A program made the position numbers and the translations under genes. Positions 8,682 through 17,816 of a DNA stretch of 64,000 bases are shown piece by piece (within the stretch, counting starts at the first letter, position 1; every line of letters begins with the position of its first letter). The notes under the pieces were generated by a model. That model saw only the letters and a list, made by a program, of their open reading frames with translations, had not been told where the DNA came from and searched no databases. This DNA is from Candidatus Harrisonbacteria bacterium (lineage in GTDB: Bacteria; Patescibacteriota; Minisyncoccia; UBA6257; 02-FULL-45-10c): contig JACROC010000005.1 of NCBI GenBank assembly GCA_016214655.1, positions 3,078 through 67,077 of the forward strand, given 5' to 3'.

Positions 8682-11192
8682 TTGTATCGGATCATGAAAA
8701 AGAAAATAGTGCGTAAAAGACGGGGTACGATATCGCGATTATCACGGAAAAAAACGAAAATCTCGAAGTCACAATCTTTTTTCGGCGGTATCCGTTTAAT
8801 TTCTTTTATTTCTGCGGTTGTGATTGCGACTGTGTACGTAGTTTTTATTGTTTCTGGGGCTGCTAATACGACCATTGGTAATAACATCAGCACCAACGGC
8901 AGTTTAAGCGTTTCCGGCACCACAACTTTTAATGGTGTGTCATACACTTGGCCGTCGGCTGACGGATTAAGCGGGCGAGTCTTGTCCACCAACGGTTCCG
9001 GTGGTTTAAGCTGGTCAGCTGCCTCAAGCCAGTGGACCACTTCCGGAAGTAATATTTATTTTACCGGCGGCAATGCCGGCGTTGGCACAACGACTCCTAA
9101 CTGGCTATTACAGGCGGCTGGCACCAGGCCATTTTTTGCTTTATCTGATATTTCTGCCGGTTCCAATCTGAAACATTGGACTCTTTCATCTCAAGGCGGG
9201 AATTTATACATAGCCACTTCCACCGACGCTTATGCAACCAGTTCTATTTCTGCTTTAATGATTAGTAATGCTGGTAATATCGGTATTAGCGGTGTTGCCA
9301 CCAGTACTGCAAAATTATTTATTACCGATGGCGTTGCTACCGGCTCTCCGGCATACAGCGATCTTGTGCCGCAAGCTCTTTCTTGGCAAGCAGCCGCAGG
9401 AAATGCATACACCGGTATAGAAAATACTGCTTATGGCATAAAAGTAGCCATGTCTAGTTTTAATGATTCAGAGAGCGGTTCTTATGGAGAAATCGGCACT
9501 GCCACCAATCATCCCTTCAGGCTTTTTACGAATACCGCAACAGCTCTTAATATCACCACAAGTCAACTCATTGGTATTGGCACCAGCACTCCTTATGCGC
9601 GTCTGACAGTTTGGGGCGATAACGGAAGCGGGAAGAGTTTTGAAGTCGTTAATAATGCCTCCTCAACTTTGTTTATGGTTAAGGAGGCGGGTAATGTCGG
9701 TATCAGTTCCACTTCTCCATCCCAGACTTTTTCAGTGCAGGGCAATTCGCTATTATCCGGAAATCTTGGTGTTGCCAGTGTTACCGCGACCGGAACATTA
9801 ACTCTTTCCGGAATCTCCGGAACTTCCACAATTGCTTCGGGACAAGGATTTGCTATCGGCACAAGCCAGTTAGTTGTAGTAGGAGCCACCGGAGATATTG
9901 GCATCGGCATAACCAATCCGATTGCAGATTTTCAAGTTATCGGAAAATCTTATTTCGGCACGGAAACTTCGCTTTCAAGCGATCTAACTTCAGCTTTTGG
10001 CACGCCGCGCGTTGTTTCGGTTGGCAACAATAATTCCGCTGACGGTTTTGTAAATATTACAGAAGGGAATAATGCTGTTGGTGCGCGTTTTAGAGGCGCG
10101 AAAACTAGATCTACAGATAATGATGCGGACACCATTGTACAAAGTGGCGATAATCTTTTGGAATTAACTTCTTTTGGAGCTGACGGAGCATCTTATCGTT
10201 CCGCGGCTGAAATTTTAATGGAGGTTGATGGCACGCCGGGAAGCTCTGATATGCCTGGAAGAATAGTTTTTTCTACCACTCCGGACGGATCAGCCACTCT
10301 AAATGAGCGGATGAGAATTACTAATGCCGGTTTAGTGGGAATTGGCACTACCTCGCCATCTGCGGCATTGGCATTGGAAAATTCCGCAGTCAACACCAAA
10401 CCCGCCCTTCTCATTAAAGCCGGAGGAGCGGGGGATGGTAATATAGCCATCTCCGTGGACGCGGATGATACCTGCCGAGACTCCGTTAACGTCGCCACCT
10501 GCGTATTAAACGACTTAGCAGAACTCTTCCCAACTACCGAAGAACTGGAAGGAGGAGATATTGTGATGTTTGATCCAGAGAACCCATTTTATATCAAAAA
10601 AGCCCTAATGACTAATGACTCTATGACTAATAACTTATTAGCCGGCGTCATCTCCACTTCTCCAGCCATAGTATTTGAAGGATCTGGTCTCAAAGCTTTG
10701 GGAGGCAAATACACTTCTACTTTAGATAAGGCTCCTTTAGCCCTCTCCGGACGTATCCCAGTCAAAGTTAACCTGGAAGGAGGGGATATCCAGATCGGAG
10801 ATCCCATTACCATCTCCTCTATACCCGGAGTCGGTAAAAAAGCCACTCAAACAGGCAAGATAATAGGATATGCCCTCGAACCTCTCACCACCCAATCTCA
10901 ATCTTACGAGGTCTCACCTCATAAGATTATGATTTTTGCCAACTTAACTTATTATCAATCTTCGGAGGTTGAACCTCCGGATATTGAGGTATCGTCTTCG
11001 GGAGGTTCAACCTCCAATTTATTGAGCTTGATTATTGATACGGTAAAGAACTGGTTAAATTCTATGCAGGTTACGATTGAGAATGGTAAGTACGCAAGGG
11101 GATTGCGACATGCCTCCAGCAGAAGAAATTGCAATAGACGAACAGTCGCCGCCACCGGAGCAGAATCCAGTCATAAATACAGAAAGCTCTGA
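8682..11192 (+). CDS. membrane-anchored fibre-like repeat protein (836 aa)
   Basis: Basic N-terminus plus one TM helix, then repeated G-N-(V/I)-G-I-(G/S)-T-(T/S)-S-P-xxx-L-x-V motifs (at least 5) typical of phage tail-fibre-like or bacterial fibre proteins. Divergently arranged with the 5323..8544 gene. Confidence 0.85.
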   Translation: MYRIMKKKIVRKRRGTISRLSRKKTKISKSQSFFGGIRLISFISAVVIATVYVVFIVSGAANTTIGNNISTNGSLSVSGTTTFNGVSYTWPSADGLSGRVLSTNGSGGLSWSAASSQWTTSGSNIYFTGGNAGVGTTTPNWLLQAAGTRPFFALSDISAGSNLKHWTLSSQGGNLYIATSTDAYATSSISALMISNAGNIGISGVATSTAKLFITDGVATGSPAYSDLVPQALSWQAAAGNAYTGIENTAYGIKVAMSSFNDSESGSYGEIGTATNHPFRLFTNTATALNITTSQLIGIGTSTPYARLTVWGDNGSGKSFEVVNNASSTLFMVKEAGNVGISSTSPSQTFSVQGNSLLSGNLGVASVTATGTLTLSGISGTSTIASGQGFAIGTSQLVVVGATGDIGIGITNPIADFQVIGKSYFGTETSLSSDLTSAFGTPRVVSVGNNNSADGFVNITEGNNAVGARFRGAKTRSTDNDADTIVQSGDNLLELTSFGADGASYRSAAEILMEVDGTPGSSDMPGRIVFSTTPDGSATLNERMRITNAGLVGIGTTSPSAALALENSAVNTKPALLIKAGGAGDGNIAISVDADDTCRDSVNVATCVLNDLAELFPTTEELEGGDIVMFDPENPFYIKKALMTNDSMTNNLLAGVISTSPAIVFEGSGLKALGGKYTSTLDKAPLALSGRIPVKVNLEGGDIQIGDPITISSIPGVGKKATQTGKIIGYALEPLTTQSQSYEVSPHKIMIFANLTYYQSSEVEPPDIEVSSSGGSTSNLLSLIIDTVKNWLNSMQVTIENGKYARGLRHASSRRNCNRRTVAATGAESSHKYRKL

Positions 11193-11208
11193 ATAAAACT
11201 ATAAATAT

Positions 11209-11240
11209 AAAAAATCTCTCGTTACAGAGAGATTTTTTAT
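11209..11240. terminator. bidirectional rho-independent terminator
   Basis: Perfect 11-bp stem aaaaatctctc-gttaca-gagagatttttt with A/T runs on both sides. Lies between the end of the 8682..11192 gene and the convergent 11353..12057 gene. Confidence 0.65.
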
Positions 11241-11352
11241 AATTTATGTATTTTAGGCTTTTAAACGAATATCAGTTTTCTCAGCTAGTTGAAGAACCCA
11301 TCGTTTAAAGTAAATGAAAAGCCGCTCCGATGAGCCATCGGAGCGGCTTGCT

Positions 11353-12057
11353 CTAGTGAGGCATGATGCACTTGTACTGGATGTCGCCCTTGATCCGGCG
11401 GGGCAGCAGGTCTCGTTTCGGCTTTTCCGTATTGCCGCCTTGCTTGCTTTTCTCGCATGCCAGTCTGGCGCGTGCCAGCGATCTTTGCTGGGAAACACCG
11501 CCGTTGTTCAGCCAGTTATTCACTATCCCGGTGCAGAACTCCAAATCGCCGGTCTCGATCATTTTGCAGTGATCGAAATCGCCGATTTCGTCTGCTTTTT
11601 CTTCGGCTTGTAGCTTCATGTGTTCCTGGAGATACCGTAGGGGATAGTAGGCGTGCAGCGTTTCGTGGCAGCCGACATCGTTCATGGTTGCCTCGAAGTT
11701 TGACTGGTCGTAGTTGAGGTCCAGGATCGAGCGATAATATATTTCTATCACTCGTTTTTCGAACATGCCATTTACCCAGACATCATACTGCACTCCCAGT
11801 ACATTAGCTTCGACGCCTTTCACCTTGGTGTACGGTTTTAAGACTATTTCCGGGTGCGGAGCGTCAACGGGTATGCCGAGACGCAGGCGCACTGCATCTG
11901 AGACGGTTTTCCCAAGGTCCAGATCATAGGTGAATTGAAATGGCTCTTCCACTATGATCTTTCTCCGGTCGGTTGTGTGCCTGATTTGAAGATTGGTGCA
12001 TCCCAGATAGGGAAGCACCAATGCGGCCATCAGCCAGAAGCGTATGTGGGTTTTCAT
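11353..12057 (-). CDS. lipoprotein with HExxH motif (putative zinc metallopeptidase), on a GC-rich islet
   Basis: Lipobox signal peptide (LVLPYLGC) and an HETLH zinc-binding-type motif. Strong SD (AAGGAGGT). Local GC is clearly above the window background. Confidence 0.7.
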   Translation of the reverse strand: MKTHIRFWLMAALVLPYLGCTNLQIRHTTDRRKIIVEEPFQFTYDLDLGKTVSDAVRLRLGIPVDAPHPEIVLKPYTKVKGVEANVLGVQYDVWVNGMFEKRVIEIYYRSILDLNYDQSNFEATMNDVGCHETLHAYYPLRYLQEHMKLQAEEKADEIGDFDHCKMIETGDLEFCTGIVNNWLNNGGVSQQRSLARARLACEKSKQGGNTEKPKRDLLPRRIKGDIQYKCIMPH

Positions 12058-12098
12058 CAGTTTACCTCCTTGCGCTAAATTTTCAAGCTTTCAATTAC

Positions 12099-12127
12099 AT
12101 TATATAGTAATTTTTATCATTTGTCAA
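12099..12127 (-). promoter_or_regulatory. consensus sigma70-type promoter (TTGACA-17-TATAAT) for the 11353..12057 gene
   Basis: Minus-strand reading is TTGACAaatgataaaaattactaTATAAT followed by GCGCAAGGAGGTAAACTG-ATG. Confidence 0.6.
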
Positions 12128-12139
12128 CTTTTTCCGTTC

Positions 12140-12176
12140 GCTATAAAAATTAAAAACCACTAACTTTCGTTAGTGG
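12140..12176 (-). terminator. rho-independent terminator of the small lipoprotein gene
   Basis: Minus strand reads CCACUAAC-gaaa-GUUAGUGG then UUUUUAAUUUUU. The stem includes the stop codon of the 12170..12370 gene. Confidence 0.5.
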
Positions 12177-12370
12177 TGGGATATGGCGCATTTTATTTCT
12201 ATCTTTTCTTTGTTTGTAATCCGATTTTTCTTGATTGCCAGGTTGTCTTTCGTGCCGGATTTTTGAATTGCCGTGCCGGCGTTCAGTTCGGTTTTTCTTG
12301 GGCCTAAAGAGCTGCAACCGACTAGAGTAAATATGCCGAAGGTTGCGACAGTCAGGATTCTGGTTTGCAC
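12170..12370 (-). CDS. small lipoprotein (66 aa)
   Basis: GTG start preceded by GGAGGG. Lipobox signal peptide ILTVATFGIFTLVGCSS. Has its own terminator. Preferred over the overlapping 12150..12530 ORF. Confidence 0.5.
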   Translation of the reverse strand: MQTRILTVATFGIFTLVGCSSLGPRKTELNAGTAIQKSGTKDNLAIKKNRITNKEKIEIKCAISHH

Positions 12371-12562
12371 CGAAGTCCCTCCGTACCCATTTTAAAGGAG
12401 CAGTGATAGAATAACCTAATTTAACTTGTGAGTCAATAAGTATATGTAACTGTAGGGGACTATGAAAAACCTTATTTTTTGTACTAACCAAGTGTCGCAC
12501 AAGGTAGCTTTTGTGACATATACTTAGCACGAAAAAGAGGGCCGCTGTTTAAGACCGTTATA

Positions 12563-12829
12563 TTAAGATATTCTATCCATCATCTGTTTTAAGACGTCAA
12601 CGATAAAATATATCAGTTTAAATACCAATTCGCCGATTTTTGAGAATACTAGTTGTAAATTAATCCCTATATTCTCTAATACCCAACGGCCGATAGCTGA
12701 TGATAAATCTAGGAGTTTTTTGAAGAGTTCTAATAGATCTGCCCCGTTTTGCGGTACATAAGTCGCCATTTGATGGGCGGTTTGTACAAACAGATCAAAA
12801 GCCCTAAAAAACCATTCCATTACCATCAT
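12563..12829 (-). CDS. hypothetical protein (88 aa), last gene of the ftsW-murG-gltX-M23 operon
   Basis: Starts 12 nt after the M23 peptidase stop on the same strand. No recognisable motif. Confidence 0.4.
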   Translation of the reverse strand: MMVMEWFFRAFDLFVQTAHQMATYVPQNGADLLELFKKLLDLSSAIGRWVLENIGINLQLVFSKIGELVFKLIYFIVDVLKQMMDRIS

Positions 12830-12840
12830 TATACCATAGC

Positions 12841-14109
12841 CTAGAGATACTTTCCCGGGTCTAGGTCACCGCCATATGGCATTATTGGCCCGCAGTTAAT
12901 CTTACTTGAGCCAATTCTGAAGGTTTGGCTGGCATATACTGTCAAGTGGAGGTGCGGACCGGTCGCATAGCCAGTATTTCCTACATATCCAATTAATTGG
13001 TCACGTTGAACTTCATCTCCCTTTTGAACCGCCTGTAAAGACAGGTGCGCGTATAGAGTTGTCAAATTATTTGGGTGTTCAATTACAATAAATTTGCCGT
13101 ACGCTGCTTTGTAACAATATTTATCTTGATTCCAAACTTCAAGCACCTTTCCTTTTTCTGATGCATAAACCGGAGTTCCTATTGGAGCTGCAAAATCTAG
13201 TCCGTTGTGCCACTGGCCTTTGTAACCTAAGCGGGCAAAACTGGTTGCTCCATAACCCTGAGAGAGTATTCCTCCTGGGACTGGCATGGCCAGCACGCCT
13301 GGCCGCGGAATTGGCAAGAGACTCGGATCAATTTTAGCTCTTAGTTCCGCTTCCAGTTTTTCTATTTCTGACGCAATGGCTGCCTGCTGTTTTTCCAGAT
13401 CACTGATCAATTTTTGATAATTTTTTTCCTGGTTTTTTGTTCGGACCAGCAGATCTTGCCTATCATTTTTTTCTTCAGCCGTGATTGATTTCCGGTTTTT
13501 TAAGTTTTGATTTTCTAATTCCAGTTTTGATTTTTTATCCCCGGTTAGATCTAATTTATCGGATAGTTCTTCATCTAAAACTTCTAATTGTTGTATTTCG
13601 GTTGCTATCCGGTCATTAAAATCGGCTAAATTTTGTATTTCCGATAAACTGGCGGCAAGGCTTTTATGTTTTAAAAGCATAATCAGCGTATTTTCGCTGT
13701 CTTTTTTCTGCACTGTCCTCAAGATTTCGGCAATGCCAGACCGCTGTGTTCCTATTTTTGAACGGACGCCGCCAATATCGTATTCTAAGGACTGGATTTC
13801 CAGTTTAAGTTTGTCAATGTTGATTTCACTGGAACGGATGCTGAGATCAAGCTGGCGGAGGCGATAGTCAATCTGCTTGATTTCTTTTTGGAGAGATTTG
13901 CCCTTTCCCTCGGTTGCCTCCAGCTCCTTTTGGGTTTGCGCGATTTTCTGATTTACCTCCTGCAGTTCACGGGCTTTGTCGTTAATGGCGTTTTTTAGGT
14001 CCGCGGGGATTTCATTAGCGAATGAATAATGAATCAGGAATGATGAATAAAGGAGGGCTGGTAAAAACCAATAAATAAATTTGCGCATAATTCTTGGTTC
14101 ATAATTCAT
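12841..14109 (-). CDS. coiled-coil M23 family metallopeptidase (EnvC/NlpD-like murein hydrolase activator)
   Basis: N-terminal TM/signal and long coiled coil. C-terminal M23 motifs are HNGLDFAAPIGTPVYA and GYATGPHLHLTVY. Confidence 0.8.
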   Translation of the reverse strand: MNYEPRIMRKFIYWFLPALLYSSFLIHYSFANEIPADLKNAINDKARELQEVNQKIAQTQKELEATEGKGKSLQKEIKQIDYRLRQLDLSIRSSEINIDKLKLEIQSLEYDIGGVRSKIGTQRSGIAEILRTVQKKDSENTLIMLLKHKSLAASLSEIQNLADFNDRIATEIQQLEVLDEELSDKLDLTGDKKSKLELENQNLKNRKSITAEEKNDRQDLLVRTKNQEKNYQKLISDLEKQQAAIASEIEKLEAELRAKIDPSLLPIPRPGVLAMPVPGGILSQGYGATSFARLGYKGQWHNGLDFAAPIGTPVYASEKGKVLEVWNQDKYCYKAAYGKFIVIEHPNNLTTLYAHLSLQAVQKGDEVQRDQLIGYVGNTGYATGPHLHLTVYASQTFRIGSSKINCGPIMPYGGDLDPGKYL

Positions 14110-15518
14110 GATTCCAGCTTCTGGATTGCCATTTCTATTCTTCTAAGCGTTTCTTCTTTTCCGATAAAGCTCATTATTTCAAACGGGCCAGGCGATTTGT
14201 TTTTTCCGGATAAGGCAACGCGCAGAGGCCAGAGAATCTCTCCCCTGCCGTTGGTATTGGCAAGTGGCATGATTTCCGCTTCCAATTCTTTTTGACTGAA
14301 TTCATTAATTAAAAGACTGCGTAATAGTTCTTGAGTTAATTTTAAGTTAGTCAGGGTTTTTTCTGCGGACGATTCTTTCCAGATTAAAAGGTTCTTATCA
14401 TATTCATGTATGTCGAAAGAATCTTTCAGGGTTTGGAAATCTGTTAATTTCTGCATTCGGCTCCTCCCTACTTCTAAAAGTTTAAGGGCGTTATTTTTAT
14501 CAGATATGATTTCCGGTTTATTTTTATAAAAATCGATTAAGGCTCCGTAAAGATCTTTTGTGCTCATATTTTTTATATATTCTCCATTAAGCCAATCAAG
14601 TTTTTGAATATTAAAAATTGCGCCGCTCTTTTGAACTCTCTCAAGACTGAATTCTTTTATCAATTCTGATAACGAGAAAATTTCCCTATCATCCGAGGGA
14701 TGCCAGCCAAGTAAGGCGATGAAATTAATCAGCGCCTCTGGTAAATAACCCAAGTTTTTATATTCAAAAACTCCTGTTGCTCCGTGGCGCTTAGAAAGTT
14801 TAGACCGATCCGGGGCTAAATTCATTGGTAAGTGGGCAAAGGCCGGGATATTCCAGTCAAACATTTTATATAGAAGCATGTGTTTTGGTGTTGACGGCAG
14901 CCATTCCTCAGCTCGAATGACGTGAGTGACACTCATTTCATGATCATCAACTACTGATGCCAGATGATAGGTTGGGTAACCATCGGATTTAATTAATATT
15001 TGATCGTCGAATAGCGATAAATCAAAAATAATCTCGCCGTGTATTAAATCGTTTACGGCAATACTCCCCCCTTTCGGCACTTTCATTCTTATCACGAATT
15101 CTTCGTCAGCGACGTCGTTCTTTTTCAAATTTAACTCCCGGCAATGTCCTTTATAGCGCGGAGGTTTTTTTTCGGCTATTTGCCGTTCGCGATCCGCAGT
15201 TAATTTTTCTTTGCTGCAAACACAAATATAGGCGTGGCCATTATTCAGCAGTTCGTTGGCGGCCTTTTTGTATATTTCCAGTCGTTCTGATTGGATAACT
15301 ACTTTATCGTTATTATCTGGAACTAAACCAAGCCAGTTAAGCGCTGCTATGATATGGCCGACCGATTCCGGAATATAGCGTTCACGATCTGTGTCTTCAA
15401 TCCTTAACAAGAATTTTCCACCGTTATGCCTTGCGAATAAAAAGGCAAACAACGCGGTTCGCGCGCCGCCAACATGCAATTCTCCGGTTGGGCTGGGAGC
15501 AAATCTTGTGACAATCAT
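14106..15518 (-). CDS. gltX: glutamate--tRNA ligase
   Basis: HIGH motif (PSPTGELHVGGART) and KMSKS-type KLSKR. Full-length class I GluRS. Confidence 0.9.
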   Translation of the reverse strand: MIVTRFAPSPTGELHVGGARTALFAFLFARHNGGKFLLRIEDTDRERYIPESVGHIIAALNWLGLVPDNNDKVVIQSERLEIYKKAANELLNNGHAYICVCSKEKLTADRERQIAEKKPPRYKGHCRELNLKKNDVADEEFVIRMKVPKGGSIAVNDLIHGEIIFDLSLFDDQILIKSDGYPTYHLASVVDDHEMSVTHVIRAEEWLPSTPKHMLLYKMFDWNIPAFAHLPMNLAPDRSKLSKRHGATGVFEYKNLGYLPEALINFIALLGWHPSDDREIFSLSELIKEFSLERVQKSGAIFNIQKLDWLNGEYIKNMSTKDLYGALIDFYKNKPEIISDKNNALKLLEVGRSRMQKLTDFQTLKDSFDIHEYDKNLLIWKESSAEKTLTNLKLTQELLRSLLINEFSQKELEAEIMPLANTNGRGEILWPLRVALSGKNKSPGPFEIMSFIGKEETLRRIEMAIQKLES

Positions 15519-15519
15519 T

Positions 15520-16677
15520 TTATGAAATAAAAGTTAATAAATATTTTGCGATAATTGTTGCGGCGTCCGGCCGGTAAAAACTTCTGGCTGCGTCACTCAT
15601 TTTTTGAAGTAGCTCCGGATTTTTAAATAATTTATTTAATTCATCCATGATTAAGTGGCTTAAAAGGTTGGCTTCTTCAATGACGATTGCCGCTCCGATA
15701 TGTGCGTAGTTGTAGGCATTTTCACGCTGGTGATCATTAGCAGATTCCGGCAACGGAATTAAAATGGCCGGTTTTCCAAAGGCGGCTAGCTCAAAGATGG
15801 AGCCGGCGCCCGATCTGGAGATTGCGAAATCGGCAGCTGTCAGCGCGATGCCCATATTATCTTGGAAAAACGGGACAAAATGGTAACGCTTTTTAAGATT
15901 TTCATCCCAGTCTTTGGCTAAAAATTCAAATTCCTTTTTATAGTTGTCATAATTGGTAATGCCTACCTGATGGAGTATTTGGAAGTCTTTAATAAATACT
16001 TCTAAGCTTTCCAAAACAAAGTTATTAAGCCGTTCTGCGCCTTGGGACCCACCGATAATCAAAAGCAGTGGCTGGCTGGAATCAAATCCAAGAAGTTTTT
16101 TTGCTTCGGCCAATGCCTTATCTCCCGCTGGTTCAAGGTCCGCAATTTGCTGGAATAAAAATTCTCGCACCGGGTTCCCGATTACTTCAACATCTTTTTT
16201 CGGGAAGTATTCATCTGTAGATGCGAAGGCCAGAAATATTTTTTTTGCCAATTTACCGGAGATAGAATTGGTTAAGCCGGGAATGGTATCTGATTCGTGA
16301 ATAACAACCGGAATCAGATAAAAACGGCTGACTAAAATTATCGCTAGCGCGCCGGGGCCTCCTTTGGAGAAAACTACGTCCGGCATAAACCAAAATAGTT
16401 TCCAGAGCAGTTGGATTAAACTTAAGAAAAATTTCGGAATATCAATAAGATTAAGCGGAGTCCAGTACCGCCGTAGTTTGCTGGAAATGATTGGAACAAA
16501 ATCAATATCACTGTTTATGATATCTTCAGCATATCCCCTAGCACTGCCGAAATATCGCATATCCAAAGTGATTCCGTATGGTTCAGCCAGGGTTTTTAAT
16601 TCACCAGCAACCGCAATCAGCGGGTAAATATGCCCGCCGGTTCCTCCACCAGCAAGCAGAACTCTCAATTTTTTCAT
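15520..16677 (-). CDS. murG: undecaprenyldiphospho-muramoylpentapeptide beta-N-acetylglucosaminyltransferase
   Basis: N-terminus LLAGGGTGGHIYPLIAVA and the GT28 C-terminal domain. Confidence 0.9.
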   Translation of the reverse strand: MKKLRVLLAGGGTGGHIYPLIAVAGELKTLAEPYGITLDMRYFGSARGYAEDIINSDIDFVPIISSKLRRYWTPLNLIDIPKFFLSLIQLLWKLFWFMPDVVFSKGGPGALAIILVSRFYLIPVVIHESDTIPGLTNSISGKLAKKIFLAFASTDEYFPKKDVEVIGNPVREFLFQQIADLEPAGDKALAEAKKLLGFDSSQPLLLIIGGSQGAERLNNFVLESLEVFIKDFQILHQVGITNYDNYKKEFEFLAKDWDENLKKRYHFVPFFQDNMGIALTAADFAISRSGAGSIFELAAFGKPAILIPLPESANDHQRENAYNYAHIGAAIVIEEANLLSHLIMDELNKLFKNPELLQKMSDAARSFYRPDAATIIAKYLLTFIS

Positions 16678-17786
16678 GTATATTTAGATATATTGATTAT
16701 TATACCCGAAATTGTCATAAAAATAGCTAAGGCCGTGCCACCATAGCTGATATAGGGCAGTGGTACGCCGGTAAGCGGCAGAATCCCGGAAATCGCTCCG
16801 ATGTGGATAAAGGTCTGGATAGCGATTAAAGAACCAAAGCCGATTAGCAATAATTTTCCGAAATCATCCGGTATTTTCTTAGAAAGCAGAAAAATCCTGA
16901 CTGCCAGCACTACAAAAGTAAGTATTAATAAGATTGATCCGATAAACCCTAATTCTTCGGCAATAATCGCAAAAATAGAGTCTTCAATCGGTTGCGGCAA
17001 ATACCGCAGCTTAGTTGTTGATTTTCCAAAACCAACTCCCCATAACCCGCCCGATCCGATAGCGATGAGTGATTGGTTAAGTTGGTAGGAAGAAGTTTGG
17101 GTATTCTGGCTGGGATCCAAAAAACTTTTAATTCTTTCCCATCTGTACGGTGTCAAATAAGATATCACCAGTAAAGCCAAAATTCCTAGAATTATGGTGC
17201 TGATGATGTAAGAAAATTTGGCGCCGCTGGTAAAATAAATTATTAAGGCAGTCATGATTAGAATCGCCGCAACGCTAGTGGATGGCTGGAGGATTAACAG
17301 TAGCGCAACTAATCCAGAAATAATTAAAAACGGCACAAATCCCCCCCAAAAACTTTTTTGCCGGTAAGCTTTGCCGCTTAGCCAGGCAGCGATATAAACA
17401 ATAAAGGTAATTTTTAGAAGTTCCGATGGCTGGAAAGTGAGCGGCCCCAGATTTAGCCAGCGAGCGGCGCCGCCGGAAGTTACTCCGAGCTTGGTGAATA
17501 CTAGTAAAAGCATGGCGATCGAAATAAGCAATAAAAATGGAGCAACGCCTTGGTAGTGCTTGTAATAAAATTTGGAACCGAACCAGATGCCGGCGATACC
17601 TAACGATAAGCCGAATATTATTTGATGCTTAAGGTAAAAGTAACTGTACCCGAATTTTGCCTGACCCAAATCAGAAGAAGCGGAAGCCAGCATAATCAAG
17701 CCGAAAATTACCAGAAAAAAAGTGCAAATAGGAATTACATAATCTGGAGCATGTCCATTACGCGAATTAAGTTGGGAGTATCGCAT
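16674..17786 (-). CDS. ftsW: SEDS-family cell-division protein FtsW/RodA
   Basis: About 10 TM helices and the SEDS signature region (GSGGLWGVGFGKS..LP). Immediately upstream of murG. Confidence 0.8.
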   Translation of the reverse strand: MRYSQLNSRNGHAPDYVIPICTFFLVIFGLIMLASASSDLGQAKFGYSYFYLKHQIIFGLSLGIAGIWFGSKFYYKHYQGVAPFLLLISIAMLLLVFTKLGVTSGGAARWLNLGPLTFQPSELLKITFIVYIAAWLSGKAYRQKSFWGGFVPFLIISGLVALLLILQPSTSVAAILIMTALIIYFTSGAKFSYIISTIILGILALLVISYLTPYRWERIKSFLDPSQNTQTSSYQLNQSLIAIGSGGLWGVGFGKSTTKLRYLPQPIEDSIFAIIAEELGFIGSILLILTFVVLAVRIFLLSKKIPDDFGKLLLIGFGSLIAIQTFIHIGAISGILPLTGVPLPYISYGGTALAIFMTISGIIINISKYT

Positions 17787-17816
17787 TTGGTGAGATGGCT
17801 AAAAGTTAAAAGCTTC

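Noticed and set aside
12150-12530. 126-aa minus-strand ORF overlapping the small lipoprotein
   Set aside because: The alternative frame 12170..12370 gives a textbook lipoprotein signal peptide with SD and terminator. The longer ORF is basic low-complexity.
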